Shown in pieces: positions 1-9,176 of a DNA stretch of 64,000 nt. Made by a program: the position numbers and the translations under genes. The notes under the pieces are model-generated. The model saw nothing but the letters and a program-made list of their open reading frames with translations, did not search any database and was not told the DNA's origin. The first letter of the stretch is position 1. The number at the start of each line of letters is the position of its first letter. This stretch comes from Dehalococcoidia bacterium (lineage in GTDB: Bacteria > Chloroflexota > Dehalococcoidia > Plut-88900): NCBI GenBank assembly GCA_965207225.1, contig CBDBLV010000005.1, forward strand, positions 1,312,001 to 1,376,000. The letters run 5' to 3'.

Positions 1-49
1 GCGCGTATTTCTCCCCCCAGTCCCCAAACCGCCTTCTCTCATGTGGCAC
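1..49 (-). CDS. YraN (UPF0102) family protein, 5' fragment running off the window edge
   Basis: GTG start overlapping the rnhB stop (TAGTG); reads VPHERRRFGDWGEKYA, matching the typical YraN N-terminus R..G..GE..A; rnhB-yraN adjacency is common. Confidence 0.6.
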   Translation of the reverse strand, partial: MPHERRRFGDWGEKYA

Positions 50-699
50 TAGAACAGCGTCCCGAGTCCATTGCACCGTGCCACGGGAGCAAAGGTGACT
101 CTGTGAATTCGACAAGGGCCTCGGCGCTCCAATACCCCCATGTGCTCCCGGGTCCCGTACCCCTTGTTCCGACAGAACCCGTACCCGGGATACTTGCGAT
201 CGGCCTCTTCCATCAGCTTGTCCCGGGCCACCTTCGCCACTATCGACGCCGCCGCTATCGACAGAGATACCCGGTCCCCCTTCACGGGGCACAGTTGTGG
301 CAACGAAACCCCCGGAAGAGACACCGCGTCGATAAGCAGTCCCTCGGGTTTGGGGGACAGCTTGTTGATCGCACGCACCATCGCTCTCCTAGTCGCCCCG
401 ACTATCCCCACCGCATCCACCTCCCGAGCCGGGGCCCACCCCACCCTCACATCCACCGCCCTCTGCGACACCAGTACCGCCAACCTCTCCCTGTCTCTCG
501 CCGTAAGCTCTTTCGAGTCCCGCACCCCAAGCAAGTCCTTTTCATCAATGTCCGCTGGAAATACAACCGCCGCCGCTGTCACAGGTCCCGCCAAAGGCCC
601 CCGACCCACTTCATCCACCCCGGCTATGTACCTCAGTCCCCTCTCCCTGAGAGTCGTCTCCAGCTCGAATCCCGGCGCTCGAGTATCGGCTTTCATCAT
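49..699 (-). CDS. rnhB: Ribonuclease HII
   Basis: Motifs IAGVDEVGRGPLAGPV, DSK, KGD..SLSIAAASIVAKVARD, NKGYGT, IHRVTF; start moved to the MMKAD ATG. Confidence 0.95.
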   Translation of the reverse strand: MMKADTRAPGFELETTLRERGLRYIAGVDEVGRGPLAGPVTAAAVVFPADIDEKDLLGVRDSKELTARDRERLAVLVSQRAVDVRVGWAPAREVDAVGIVGATRRAMVRAINKLSPKPEGLLIDAVSLPGVSLPQLCPVKGDRVSLSIAAASIVAKVARDKLMEEADRKYPGYGFCRNKGYGTREHMGVLERRGPCRIHRVTFAPVARCNGLGTLF

Positions 700-791
700 G
701 CAGCTAACTGTCCGACCAACATGCGCCCTTAAGCGACCCTTCACAACCCGGCCTCCAGTTTCCCAAGTCAACCTTGAACCAGGGAAGGGTA

Positions 792-834
792 TCCCGCTCG
801 CCCTGAGCGGAGTCGAAGGGTCTTAAGAGCGGAA
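792..834. repeat. REP-like palindrome (ACCCTTCGAC..GCTCAGGGYGAGCGG family)
   Basis: Near-identical inverted copy at 18623-18665; related copies near 11405, 3679, 7006 and 19487. Confidence 0.8.
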
Positions 835-911
835 TGGGAGGGGTTCCGCATGGCGGCTACGTTACGTAGATTTCTCCATCGGACCCTGTTTCGTCCCCAG
901 CTAGTCGGTGA

Positions 912-2051
912 TCAGGAAACCACAGTCACGGCCCGTAGCGTTTCCTCTACCGACGCCCCACCAACCCCCGACCCCAAATGCCCCTCTATTACCCCACCCC
1001 CCACTACCTCGTCCCCGTCATAGAACACCGCCGCCTGCCCCGGAGTCACCGCTCTCTGCGGCTCCTCAAATCTCACGATCGCCGTTTCCCCATCCGACTC
1101 CAGTGTTGCCCATACCTCCGGCGCCCGATGCCTTATCTTCACCGTGACCCTCGTGGGCCCAATCGGGCGTTCACCGCACACAAAGCTTACCTTGGATGCC
1201 ATCAAACCGTCTGACCAGAGGTCACTCTCCCCTCCCACAACCACCTCGTTCCGACCCGCATGCAGCGACACCACGTAACGCCTCTCCGACGACACGACTC
1301 CCAGCCCCTTCCTCTGGCCCACCGTGAACTCTTCTATACCCTGGTGCCCCCCAATCCGGGTCCCCTCCGTGTCCACTACATCACCCGGTCGGGGAGGCAA
1401 ACTCTTGCGTAGAAAGCCCCTGTAGTTCCCGTCCGGTATGAAGCAGATGTCCTGGCTATCCGGCTTGTCCGCCACCGGGAGGTCCAACGACCTCGCTATC
1501 TCCCTTATGCGAGCCTTGGGGTAATCGCCCACAGGGAATACCAGCCTGGACAGCTCTTCCTGTCCCAGCCCGTAAAGCACGTAGCTCTGGTCCTTCCCCG
1601 GGTCTTGAGCCTTCAGCAGCCTGTACCGCCCATCCGAATAATCGACCCGTGCGTAATGTCCCGTTGCCAGCTTATCCGAGCCCAGCGCCCGAGACCGCTC
1701 CATCAGGAACCGGAACTTCACCTGCTCGTTGCAGGCTATGCACGGGTTGGGCGTCCGCCCCTTCCGATATTCGTTGAGGAAGTATTCGATGACCTTGGCC
1801 CGGAACTCCTTCTCGAAGTTCTGGACGTAGTGGGGGATGCCCAGGATCCGGCACACCCGACGCGCGTCCGTAGTGTCCTCCGCCGTACAGCAACGCTTGT
1901 TCTCCCGGCTGCCCGACGCCTGCTGTGGCGCCGACAGCCGCATCGTCACGCCGATCACATCGTAGCCTGCCTCCTTGAGAAGGTAAGCCGAAACCGCGGA
2001 GTCCACTCCTCCGCTCATCGCTGCTACAACTACGCCATTCTTTGTATCCAT
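912..2051 (-). CDS. mnmA: tRNA 2-thiouridylase MnmA
   Basis: [10 protein letters not shown]-loop, [48 protein letters not shown]; start at the MDTKN ATG (the ORF-track extension is spurious). Confidence 0.96.
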   Translation of the reverse strand: MDTKNGVVVAAMSGGVDSAVSAYLLKEAGYDVIGVTMRLSAPQQASGSRENKRCCTAEDTTDARRVCRILGIPHYVQNFEKEFRAKVIEYFLNEYRKGRTPNPCIACNEQVKFRFLMERSRALGSDKLATGHYARVDYSDGRYRLLKAQDPGKDQSYVLYGLGQEELSRLVFPVGDYPKARIREIARSLDLPVADKPDSQDICFIPDGNYRGFLRKSLPPRPGDVVDTEGTRIGGHQGIEEFTVGQRKGLGVVSSERRYVVSLHAGRNEVVVGGESDLWSDGLMASKVSFVCGERPIGPTRVTVKIRHRAPEVWATLESDGETAIVRFEEPQRAVTPGQAAVFYDGDEVVGGGVIEGHLGSGVGGASVEETLRAVTVVS

Positions 2052-2147
2052 TGCACGCCTCAAGGCCATCCGAGCATAACACGCTATTTCTGGGAGCGGC
2101 AAACCCGTACACTCGTATGGTGGGTCAGCGATACACCGGGTTTTTTC

Positions 2148-2840
2148 TTCAGTTGTGGGTCTCGTCTTCCGTTCTGTCTGCTGGGTTTTGGGTCGGCGAT
2201 GGAAGGCCCGGGACTCTGGTGCAGGATGACTATGGCACCTACGCCGACGCTGGCAGCATCGGCGGCGTCCTGCCGTATCCCCACACATGCCATTGGGGGA
2301 CTTGCCGGTGTCGAGGGCGTCCCTGGGTGGGGCAATCCGTCCTGCATCAGCGCTCGACCGCTCAGCGGGACAGCATTCGGCTCGAACCGTCACTGTGGAA
2401 CGAAGTCCGCATACGGTGACGGCGGTGGAGCCGCGTAGGGGCTCTGAGGCCCTAATCCCGGTAACGCCGGGCCGTACAATTTCGCCGACGAGTCAATGCC
2501 AGCGACATAGGCGTCCCAATACAGGGAGCACCGATTCGGTAGAGGTCCCAAGAAGGGGCTGTACCGCGTAGAGCAGATGGACCTTCCATCGCCTGGAAGT
2601 TAGGGAAGGGGTACGGGACCCGTGTTGAGGAGATGGCGTCCCCGACGTCTCGGGGATGACGCTTTCGCTTGTGCCGCAACCTGCTTGCCTCGCAAGGGGG
2701 GCGATTGGCCGGTTCGCTCCTACGGGAGGGGAGAGGTATTGGGATGGGCTAGGGCGTTGAGTCCTCGGGATCGGGTCTCGGGGGCTTCCCCGGGTTTTTG
2801 GTTCCTCCTTTGATGATGTGAGTTAGTGTTCGATCGAACG
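2148..2840 (-). ncRNA. Candidate structured ncRNA, copy 1 (closing stem 2195-2209/2579-2593)
   Basis: Own promoter; flanks shared with 45436-46144; long-range inverted repeat around a hairpin-dense interior; no credible protein. Confidence 0.5.
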
Positions 2841-2846
2841 CAGGGT

Positions 2847-2875
2847 ATGATAGTACAGTCGGACAGGTGTGTCAA
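2847..2875 (-). promoter_or_regulatory. Sigma70-type promoter TTGACA-17-TATCAT
   Basis: Reverse complement reads TTGACA cacctgtccgactgtac TATCAT. Confidence 0.7.
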
Positions 2876-2920
2876 GAGCAAATGTGCGGCTTTTGAAGAG
2901 AATATTCCCCGGCCCCTCAA

Positions 2921-3050
2921 GGGAACCCTCACCCCCTTTATCCCCCTCTCCCTTATAGGCCCTAAGGGAGAGGGGGAGAGAAGAACAGAGGCAGAGGTCG
3001 GCGCAGAAGCGCCGACCTCTGCCTCTAGTTCAGTACTAGGGAGGAGGGGG
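2921..3050. repeat. Composite REP/MITE-like element (GGGAACCCTCACCCC...hairpin...long stem-CTAGTTCA.TACT)
   Basis: Related copies at 18388-18540, 46301-46430 and partly 22010-22095; 17-18 bp perfect stems with differing sequences. Confidence 0.75.
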
Positions 3051-3261
3051 AAGGCTCGGTTCTGGGGGGATGCAAGTCTTAGCGTGGGTGGCCTGCAGGG
3101 TACCCACGAGAGGCACCGCTACGGGGATGGAGAGAGAAGCGCAGAGGCATGCACATGTACCAAGGCGCAGGTGCGTATCTCCGGACTGGAACTGGGGAAG
3201 GGATGCCCCTCCCGGCCACCCGGGATAAATATGAGTCCCACCCGCCCGCCCTGTTTTGTTT

Positions 3262-3302
3262 GAATTATCAGAAATGCTGCCTGGCAGCATTTCTGATAAT
3301 TC
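3262..3302. repeat. Perfect 20-bp inverted repeat with 1-nt spacer
   Basis: GAATTATCAGAAATGCTGCC-T-GGCAGCATTTCTGATAATTC. Confidence 0.95.
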
Positions 3303-3507
3303 GTTACCAGGGGGGATGCTATGGAAGGATGAGATTGGTGAGGAGAGAAGGGGGTTTAGGGAGGGGCGCTGTAGCTACCTCGCGGGGTCACGGGATGGGA
3401 GGGATGGACTTGTAGGGTACGGAGGTACCCGAGCCTCCCCCCGCCACCTGTGTGAATTCGACGGTTGCATGTGCCCGGCGGGACGCCCCACCTCCCCCAA
3501 CCCCTCT

Positions 3508-3534
3508 GGATTCCTGCCTCCGCAGGAATGACGG
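3508..3534. repeat. REP-like palindrome GGATTCC..GGAATGACGG family
   Basis: Related copies at 7053-7081, 18678-18705, 19537-19565 and 26019-26045. Confidence 0.75.
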
Positions 3535-3588
3535 TGAGAAAGACGTGCGAGTAGTGAGAGTCGAGGTGGATCTACGGTGGGAAGTTGG

Positions 3589-3614
3589 AGATTCCTCGCG
3601 GGGCATCGGAATGG
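3589..3614. repeat. REP-like palindrome AGATTCCTCGCGGGGCMTCGGAATGAC family
   Basis: Copies at 11314, 18556, 19394, 22125, 25913, 35100 (degenerate) and 47938, all in the same orientation. Confidence 0.85.
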
Positions 3615-3736
3615 GAAGGGGGGATGTCGGGATGGCGATGGAGATACGGGACAGTGCAACAGAACTTGGCCCTCCACCGCTCATACTTCGACGGGACTCA
3701 GTATGGGGGGCCGATATGTCCCGGGGGGAGGGCTGA

Positions 3737-5434
3737 TTAGATGGAGAGCATGGATTGGGCTTCGGAGACGGCGTTGGAGAGGGGAGCCATGCGTTTTTGG
3801 AGGGTGGCACGGTCAGTGATTTCCACGGCGTCCTGCTTGAGGTTTCGGGGGCTGACGGTGAGGCGGACGGGGATGCCTAGAAGGTCGGCGTCGTTGAACT
3901 TGACGCCAGGGGACTCGTCCCGGTCGTCGTAAAGAACTTCGAGTCCGGCGGCCTGGAGGGAGTCGTAGAGTTGGTCTGCGGCCTCGGCGACGCCGGGCCT
4001 GTCCAGGGAGAGGGCGCAGATGTGGACATGATATGGGGCAATGGGGTGGGGCCAGACGATGCCGTGCTCGTCGTGGTTCTGCTCCATGGCGGCGGCCATG
4101 AGCCTACCTACTCCGATGCCGTAGCACCCCATGACGATGGGCCTCTGCCGGCCTTCCTGGTCGGAATAGTAGGCGCCGAGGGACTCGCTGAAGAAGGTGC
4201 CAAGCTTGAAGACGTGGCCAACCTCGATGCCGCGGGTGATGGTGAGGGGCGTTCCGCACTGGGTGCAGCCCTGGCCCGCTTCCACCTCGGCGATGTCAGT
4301 GATGGCATCGGCTCGGAAGTCACGGGGGTAGTTGGCGTTGAGGAGGTGGGTGTCGGGCTTGTTTGCCCCGACCACGAAGTTGTCGCCGAGCTCAATGGAG
4401 TCGTCGGCAATGCACTTGAGGTCGCCGCGGCCGATGGGAGAAGCAGAGCCAGCAACGAGACCAGAGCCCTTGACCTCTTCGTCGGTGGCGAGTCGGAGGT
4501 CGGTGGCGTGGAGGAGGTTCTTCAGCTTGACGTCGTTGACTTCGAGGTCGCCGCGGATGACTACAAAGACTATTTCGCCGTCGGCGGTGTAGAAGACGGC
4601 TTTCAAGGTTTTGGATTCGGGAACGCCGACGAATTCGGCGAGACCCTTGATGGTCTTGACGCCGGGGGTGGAGACTTCTTCAAGGGGCAAGGGGCCGGTC
4701 CTGGGCTGGTCGGACTTGACGCCCGAGGCCCGCTCCATGTTGGCGGCGAAACCACAGCCGGGACACTGGACGATCTGGTCCTCGCCGCTTTCGGCGATGA
4801 GGATGAATTCGTGGGAGTCCTTGCCGCCAATGGCGCCACTGTCGGCCTCAACGGCGAGGGCGGGAAGGCCGCAGCGGCGGTAGATGTTCCTGTAGGCCTG
4901 GACCATCTTGTCATAGCTGACATCGAGGCCCGCCTGGTCGACGTCCATGCTGTAGAGGTCTTTCATATCGAACTCACGGACGCGCATGAGGCCGGCGCGG
5001 GGTCGTGGCTCATCACGGAGCTTGGTCTGGATCTGGTAGGGCATGCGGGGCATGTCCTTGTAGCTGTGGATGTGCTGGATGGCCATCTGGGTGATGACCT
5101 CCTCGTGGGTCGGGGCGAGGCAGAGGGGGCGGCCGCGTCGGTCCTGCAGCTTGAAGAGGTTGTCCCCGAAGGCGGAGGCCCGGCCGCTGGTCTCCCAGAG
5201 CTCAAGGGGCTGGATGACGGGCATTTTGACTTCCTGCCCACCGGCGGCGTTCATCTCTTCTCGGATGATATTTTCGATCTTGCGAAGGACCCTCCATGCG
5301 ATGGGCATGTAGCTGTAGACGCCGGCGGAGACCTGGTGGACCATGCCGGCCTTGAGCATGAGCCGGTGGCTGTTGGATTCGGCCTCGGCGGGCTCGCTCC
5401 TGAGGGTCTTTCCGAACATCCGGGAGAGGCGCAT
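3737..5434 (-). CDS. proS: Proline--tRNA ligase (with editing domain)
   Basis: LAPTHEE, RDEPRPRAGLMRVREFDMKDLYS, GIEVGHVFKLG, MGCYGIGVGR. Confidence 0.97.
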   Translation of the reverse strand: MRLSRMFGKTLRSEPAEAESNSHRLMLKAGMVHQVSAGVYSYMPIAWRVLRKIENIIREEMNAAGGQEVKMPVIQPLELWETSGRASAFGDNLFKLQDRRGRPLCLAPTHEEVITQMAIQHIHSYKDMPRMPYQIQTKLRDEPRPRAGLMRVREFDMKDLYSMDVDQAGLDVSYDKMVQAYRNIYRRCGLPALAVEADSGAIGGKDSHEFILIAESGEDQIVQCPGCGFAANMERASGVKSDQPRTGPLPLEEVSTPGVKTIKGLAEFVGVPESKTLKAVFYTADGEIVFVVIRGDLEVNDVKLKNLLHATDLRLATDEEVKGSGLVAGSASPIGRGDLKCIADDSIELGDNFVVGANKPDTHLLNANYPRDFRADAITDIAEVEAGQGCTQCGTPLTITRGIEVGHVFKLGTFFSESLGAYYSDQEGRQRPIVMGCYGIGVGRLMAAAMEQNHDEHGIVWPHPIAPYHVHICALSLDRPGVAEAADQLYDSLQAAGLEVLYDDRDESPGVKFNDADLLGIPVRLTVSPRNLKQDAVEITDRATLQKRMAPLSNAVSEAQSMLSI

Positions 5435-5565
5435 GTGTGGCTCCTGAGGTCTAGGTAGGTGGGAATTGTAGCACCTGGAGGCTAGCCGCTAAGGGAAGGG
5501 TTACATAAACTACAATCGGAGAGTCCTGGGCTTGAAGTCCGAGGAGTCCCGGAATACATAGGGTT

Positions 5566-6297
5566 ATGAATAAGCCGTTGCCGGTCTTAGTATCGTGGTC
5601 GTCGGGGAAGGACTCGGCGTGGGCGCTGCATACCCTACGGCAACAGCCTGAGAAGTACGAGGTCAGGGGGATTTTCACGACGGTGACCTCGATGTTCGAC
5701 CGGGTGTCTCTGCACTCTACGCCTGGGTGGATATTACGGGTGCAGGCGGAGCGGCTCGGGCTGCCGTTGTACGAGGTTCCGATTCCGTATCCCTGCCCTA
5801 ACGAGGCATACGAAGAGGCGATGAGGTTATTCCTGGACAGGATACTGACACTCCCTGAAGGGGAATCAGCGCGCCACCTGGCTTTCGGGGACCTGTTCCT
5901 GGAGGACATTCGCGGCTACAGAGAAGAGAAGCTGAGGCGCACGGGGTTCACCCCGATTTTTCCGATCTGGGGTAGTGATACGAGCGAGCTGGCGATGCGG
6001 ATGACGGGGTCGGGGCTGAAGGCTGTGGTCACGGCTGTGAATACGGCGGCGCTACCGGCGGAGTTTGCGGGTCGGTGGTTCGACCAGCAGTTTCTGGCTG
6101 ATTTGCCGTCGGGGGTGGACCCCCTGGGGGAGAACGGGGAGTTTCACACTTGCGTGGTAGACGGCCCGATGTTCTCCATGCCCATCGACGTGCGACCGGG
6201 CAAGGTGGTCCAACGTGAGATTGTGCTAAAGGCCGATGAGGACGACAACGATCTGGTCAATCCAGTCTACACCTACGCTGATGTGGAACGGGCCTAG
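5566..6297 (+). CDS. PP-loop ATP pyrophosphatase (diphthamide-synthase/MJ0570-like family)
   Basis: SWSSGKDS, FGDLFLEDIRGYRE and DPLGENGEFHT motifs. Confidence 0.85.
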   Translation: MNKPLPVLVSWSSGKDSAWALHTLRQQPEKYEVRGIFTTVTSMFDRVSLHSTPGWILRVQAERLGLPLYEVPIPYPCPNEAYEEAMRLFLDRILTLPEGESARHLAFGDLFLEDIRGYREEKLRRTGFTPIFPIWGSDTSELAMRMTGSGLKAVVTAVNTAALPAEFAGRWFDQQFLADLPSGVDPLGENGEFHTCVVDGPMFSMPIDVRPGKVVQREIVLKADEDDNDLVNPVYTYADVERA

Positions 6298-6303
6298 TGC
6301 AAA

Positions 6304-6987
6304 TTGGTTGACGGCGTGTTAAACATCGCACATAGGGGATATACGAGGGAATGGCCGGGAAATACGCTGGAGGCGATAGAGGCGGCGATTGGGCTGGGGG
6401 TGGATGCGGTGGAGGTGGACGTGCGGGAGACTGCAGATGGGTGTTTTATCCTGGCGCACGATGCGACTATTGAAGGTCGAACCATTGGGGATATGACGCT
6501 GCCAGAACTCATGGGAATTGATGTGGGGCTGAGGTGTCGGGTCCCGACGCTGGAGGAGGCGTTGGACGTGTGTCGGGGGGAGGTGGGGGTGGTGCTGGAG
6601 TTGAAGGATGTGAAGTCGATAGGGTGGTTTTTGGAGATTATTAAGGGGTCGGGGGAGGAGGGGCGGGTGGGGGTCTGTTCTTTTTACCCGGCGCTATTGA
6701 GGAAGGTGAAGGAGTCGGGGCTACGGATGGGGTTGATTGTGGATGCGCTGCCCCGGGAGCCAGTGGAGGTGTTGGAGGGGCTGGGGTGTGAGGTTATCGG
6801 GGTGCGGGCGCCTCACATCACGGCGTCGTTGGTGACTGAGGTGCAAGCCTCGGGGAAGATGGTGTTCGGGTGGGGGGTGGAGGATGACTCGGGAGTGGAC
6901 AGGTTGATGGGGATGGGGGTGGATGGGTTGGTGTCGGACTTTCCGGATGTGGTGAGGGGGAGGGTAAGCGTAAACCTGGACACTTAG
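6304..6987 (+). CDS. Glycerophosphodiester phosphodiesterase family protein
   Basis: IAHRG, NTL, VEVDV..T.DG..IL.HD, GVDGLVSDFP. Confidence 0.88.
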   Translation: MVDGVLNIAHRGYTREWPGNTLEAIEAAIGLGVDAVEVDVRETADGCFILAHDATIEGRTIGDMTLPELMGIDVGLRCRVPTLEEALDVCRGEVGVVLELKDVKSIGWFLEIIKGSGEEGRVGVCSFYPALLRKVKESGLRMGLIVDALPREPVEVLEGLGCEVIGVRAPHITASLVTEVQASGKMVFGWGVEDDSGVDRLMGMGVDGLVSDFPDVVRGRVSVNLDT

Positions 6988-7084
6988 TCTGGTGTGGTCC
7001 CACCCCGCTCATACTTCGAGAGCCTCAGCACGAGCGGCCCCACCCCGGGGACGGATTCCGGCTCGGGGGCCGGAATGACGGATG

Positions 7085-8308
7085 TTAGTTGAGGGAGTTG
7101 GGGCCCCAGCGGGTTTCGACGTAGTCTTCGACCATCTGGACGAAGTCGTTGGCGATGGTGGGGCCTTCGAGGAAGGTCTGGCGTTTGCCGTCTACGAAGA
7201 CGGGGGCGCGAGGAGATTCGCCGGTACCGGGGAGAGAGATGCCGATATCGGCGATGCGGGACTCGCCGGGGCCGTTAACCACACATCCCATCACGGCAAC
7301 CTTGAGGGTCTCGGCGCCGGCATAGCGGGACTTCCATTCGGGCATCTTGTTGTCGAGGTGCTGCTGGATGTCCCGGGCGAGTTCCCGGAAAAGGGTGGAG
7401 GTGGTGCGGCCGCAGCCGGGGCAGGCTGTTACTGCGGGTCGGAAGGAGCGGAGGCCGAGGGATTGAAGGACCTCCTGGCAGAGGCGAACTTCCCGGGCGC
7501 GATCTCCGCCGGGCTCGGGAGTCAGGCTGGAGCGGATAGTGTCTCCGATACCTTCGTATAGGAGGATAGAGAGAGCGGAGGTGGTGGCGACGATGCCTTT
7601 TGTGCCCATTCCGGCCTCGGTGAGTCCGAGGTGCAGGGGGAAGTCGCATTGTCGGGAGATTTCCCGGTAGGCCTCGACCATCTGATTAAGGCGGGAGACC
7701 TTGCAAGAGATTATGATCTTGTCTTCGGGGAGTCCAAGGTCTACGGCGGCGGAAGCGCTGGATATGGCGCTTTCTACTAGCGCTTCGCGTTCGACTTCGT
7801 CGCCGGTTAGGGGGTCAGGGTTGCGGGAGTTTTCGTCCATCTTCCTGGCCAGGATGTCGGGGTCCAGACTGCCGGCGTTGACGCCGATGCGGACGGGCTT
7901 ATCGAGGTCACGGGCGACTTCAATGAAGGTTGTGAAGTTCTGGTCGTGGCGGGGGCCTCGTCCGACGTTGCCAGGGTTGATCCTGAACTTGGCGAGGGTC
8001 CGGGCGCAGTCGGGGTGGGTGCGGAGGAGTCGGTGGCCGATGAAGTGGAAGTCGCCTATTAGTGGCACGGTACAACCGATGTCATCCAAACGTTCACGGA
8101 TGCGGGGTACGGCATCTGCAGCGGCATCGTTGTTGACGGTTACACGTACGAGCTCGGAGCCGGCGTCGGCGAGGAGTTTGACCTGGGAGACAGTGGCGTC
8201 AATGTCGGCGGTGTCTGTGTCGGTCATGGACTGGACGACTATCCGGCTGCCGCCGCCGATGGGAACACCGCCTACGTATACTTGCTTGGTGAGGCGTCGG
8301 TTGCTCAT
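7085..8308 (-). CDS. ispG: (E)-4-hydroxy-3-methylbut-2-enyl-diphosphate synthase
   Basis: [46 protein letters not shown]. Confidence 0.96.
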   Translation of the reverse strand: MSNRRLTKQVYVGGVPIGGGSRIVVQSMTDTDTADIDATVSQVKLLADAGSELVRVTVNNDAAADAVPRIRERLDDIGCTVPLIGDFHFIGHRLLRTHPDCARTLAKFRINPGNVGRGPRHDQNFTTFIEVARDLDKPVRIGVNAGSLDPDILARKMDENSRNPDPLTGDEVEREALVESAISSASAAVDLGLPEDKIIISCKVSRLNQMVEAYREISRQCDFPLHLGLTEAGMGTKGIVATTSALSILLYEGIGDTIRSSLTPEPGGDRAREVRLCQEVLQSLGLRSFRPAVTACPGCGRTTSTLFRELARDIQQHLDNKMPEWKSRYAGAETLKVAVMGCVVNGPGESRIADIGISLPGTGESPRAPVFVDGKRQTFLEGPTIANDFVQMVEDYVETRWGPNSLN

Positions 8309-8330
8309 GTAGATATTTTAGCAGTCGGGG

Positions 8331-9080
8331 CTACTGGGCGGTAATACCGCCGTCCACGACGAGTTCCGAGCCTGTAACGAAAGAGGACTCGTCGGAGGCG
8401 AGGAAGAGGATAACGTTGGCGACTTCCTCGGGTTCTCCGAAGCGGCCCATGGGGACCCGGGCGAGATTGTCGGCAAGCTTGTCCGGGAAGTCCATCACCT
8501 CGTGCATCATGGGTGCGTTGATGGGGCCCGGGTGGACGGAGTTAGCCCTAACGCCGAGCTTTGCGTTCTGGATGGCGGTTGACTTGGTGAAGATCCGCAC
8601 CGCGGCCTTGGACGCGCCATAGGATGCGGTATTGGGCCCCGCGACGATGCCGGCAGTGGAGGAGAGGTTGACTATGGACCCGTTGCCGTGGCGCTTCATC
8701 TCGGAGAGGACGGCCTTGGTGCCGAGAAAGACGCCCTTGGCATTGACGGCCATGGTGCGGTCCCAGAGGTCTGCGGTCTCGTCCTCTATGCGGTCACGCC
8801 TGATGACGCCTGCGTTGTTAACGAGGATGTCGAGCTTGCCGTAGCGGTCTATGGCGAGGGCAACGGCGTCGGCCCAGGCGGACTCGGAGGTGACATCGAG
8901 GGGGGTGAAGGAGATTTCGCCGCCGGAATGCCGGATTTCGTCGGTGAGGAGCCGGCCTTCTTCTAGGAGAACGTCACCGACGACAACGGAAGCGCCTTCG
9001 GTGGCGAAGCGACGGGCGACGGCAGCGCCGATGCCTCGGGCCCCGCCGGAAATGAGAGCTACTTTTCCTTCAAGCCTCAT
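8331..9080 (-). CDS. Short-chain dehydrogenase/reductase
   Basis: GGARGIG, NNAG and YGASK catalytic motif. Confidence 0.92.
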   Translation of the reverse strand: MRLEGKVALISGGARGIGAAVARRFATEGASVVVGDVLLEEGRLLTDEIRHSGGEISFTPLDVTSESAWADAVALAIDRYGKLDILVNNAGVIRRDRIEDETADLWDRTMAVNAKGVFLGTKAVLSEMKRHGNGSIVNLSSTAGIVAGPNTASYGASKAAVRIFTKSTAIQNAKLGVRANSVHPGPINAPMMHEVMDFPDKLADNLARVPMGRFGEPEEVANVILFLASDESSFVTGSELVVDGGITAQ

Positions 9081-9176
9081 GATGGTTGCTCCTTGGGTGA
9101 GAACCTTTTGCCGTCCCTGAGCCGTTACTGTATTGCCAGATACGAGTGCTAGAAAACTGCGGGAACTAAATGAGGT

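Noticed and set aside
2390-2392. In-frame TGA in the frame linking GDGR...PSIA of copy 1 as possible Sec recoding
   Set aside because: The frame also has a TAA just upstream of the stem, copy 2 is out of frame, and the product is not protein-like
2383-2422. Minus-strand CCGTATGCGG...ACGGTTC resembling group II intron domain V
   Set aside because: No AGC/CGC triad at the proper position, no domain VI, no RT gene, and not shared by the other two copies
2195-2593. Structured elements as MITEs bounded by terminal inverted repeats
   Set aside because: No target-site duplication; homology continues outside the repeats while the inside is unrelated, the opposite of a MITE
2100-3735. Replication origin at the skew switch
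   Set aside because: No dnaA/dnaN, no TTATCCACA boxes and no AT-rich unwinding element seen
3971-5458. Long antisense and alternative-frame ORFs (this one and many others in the track)
   Set aside because: Shadows of well-supported genes in high-GC DNA, with no motifs
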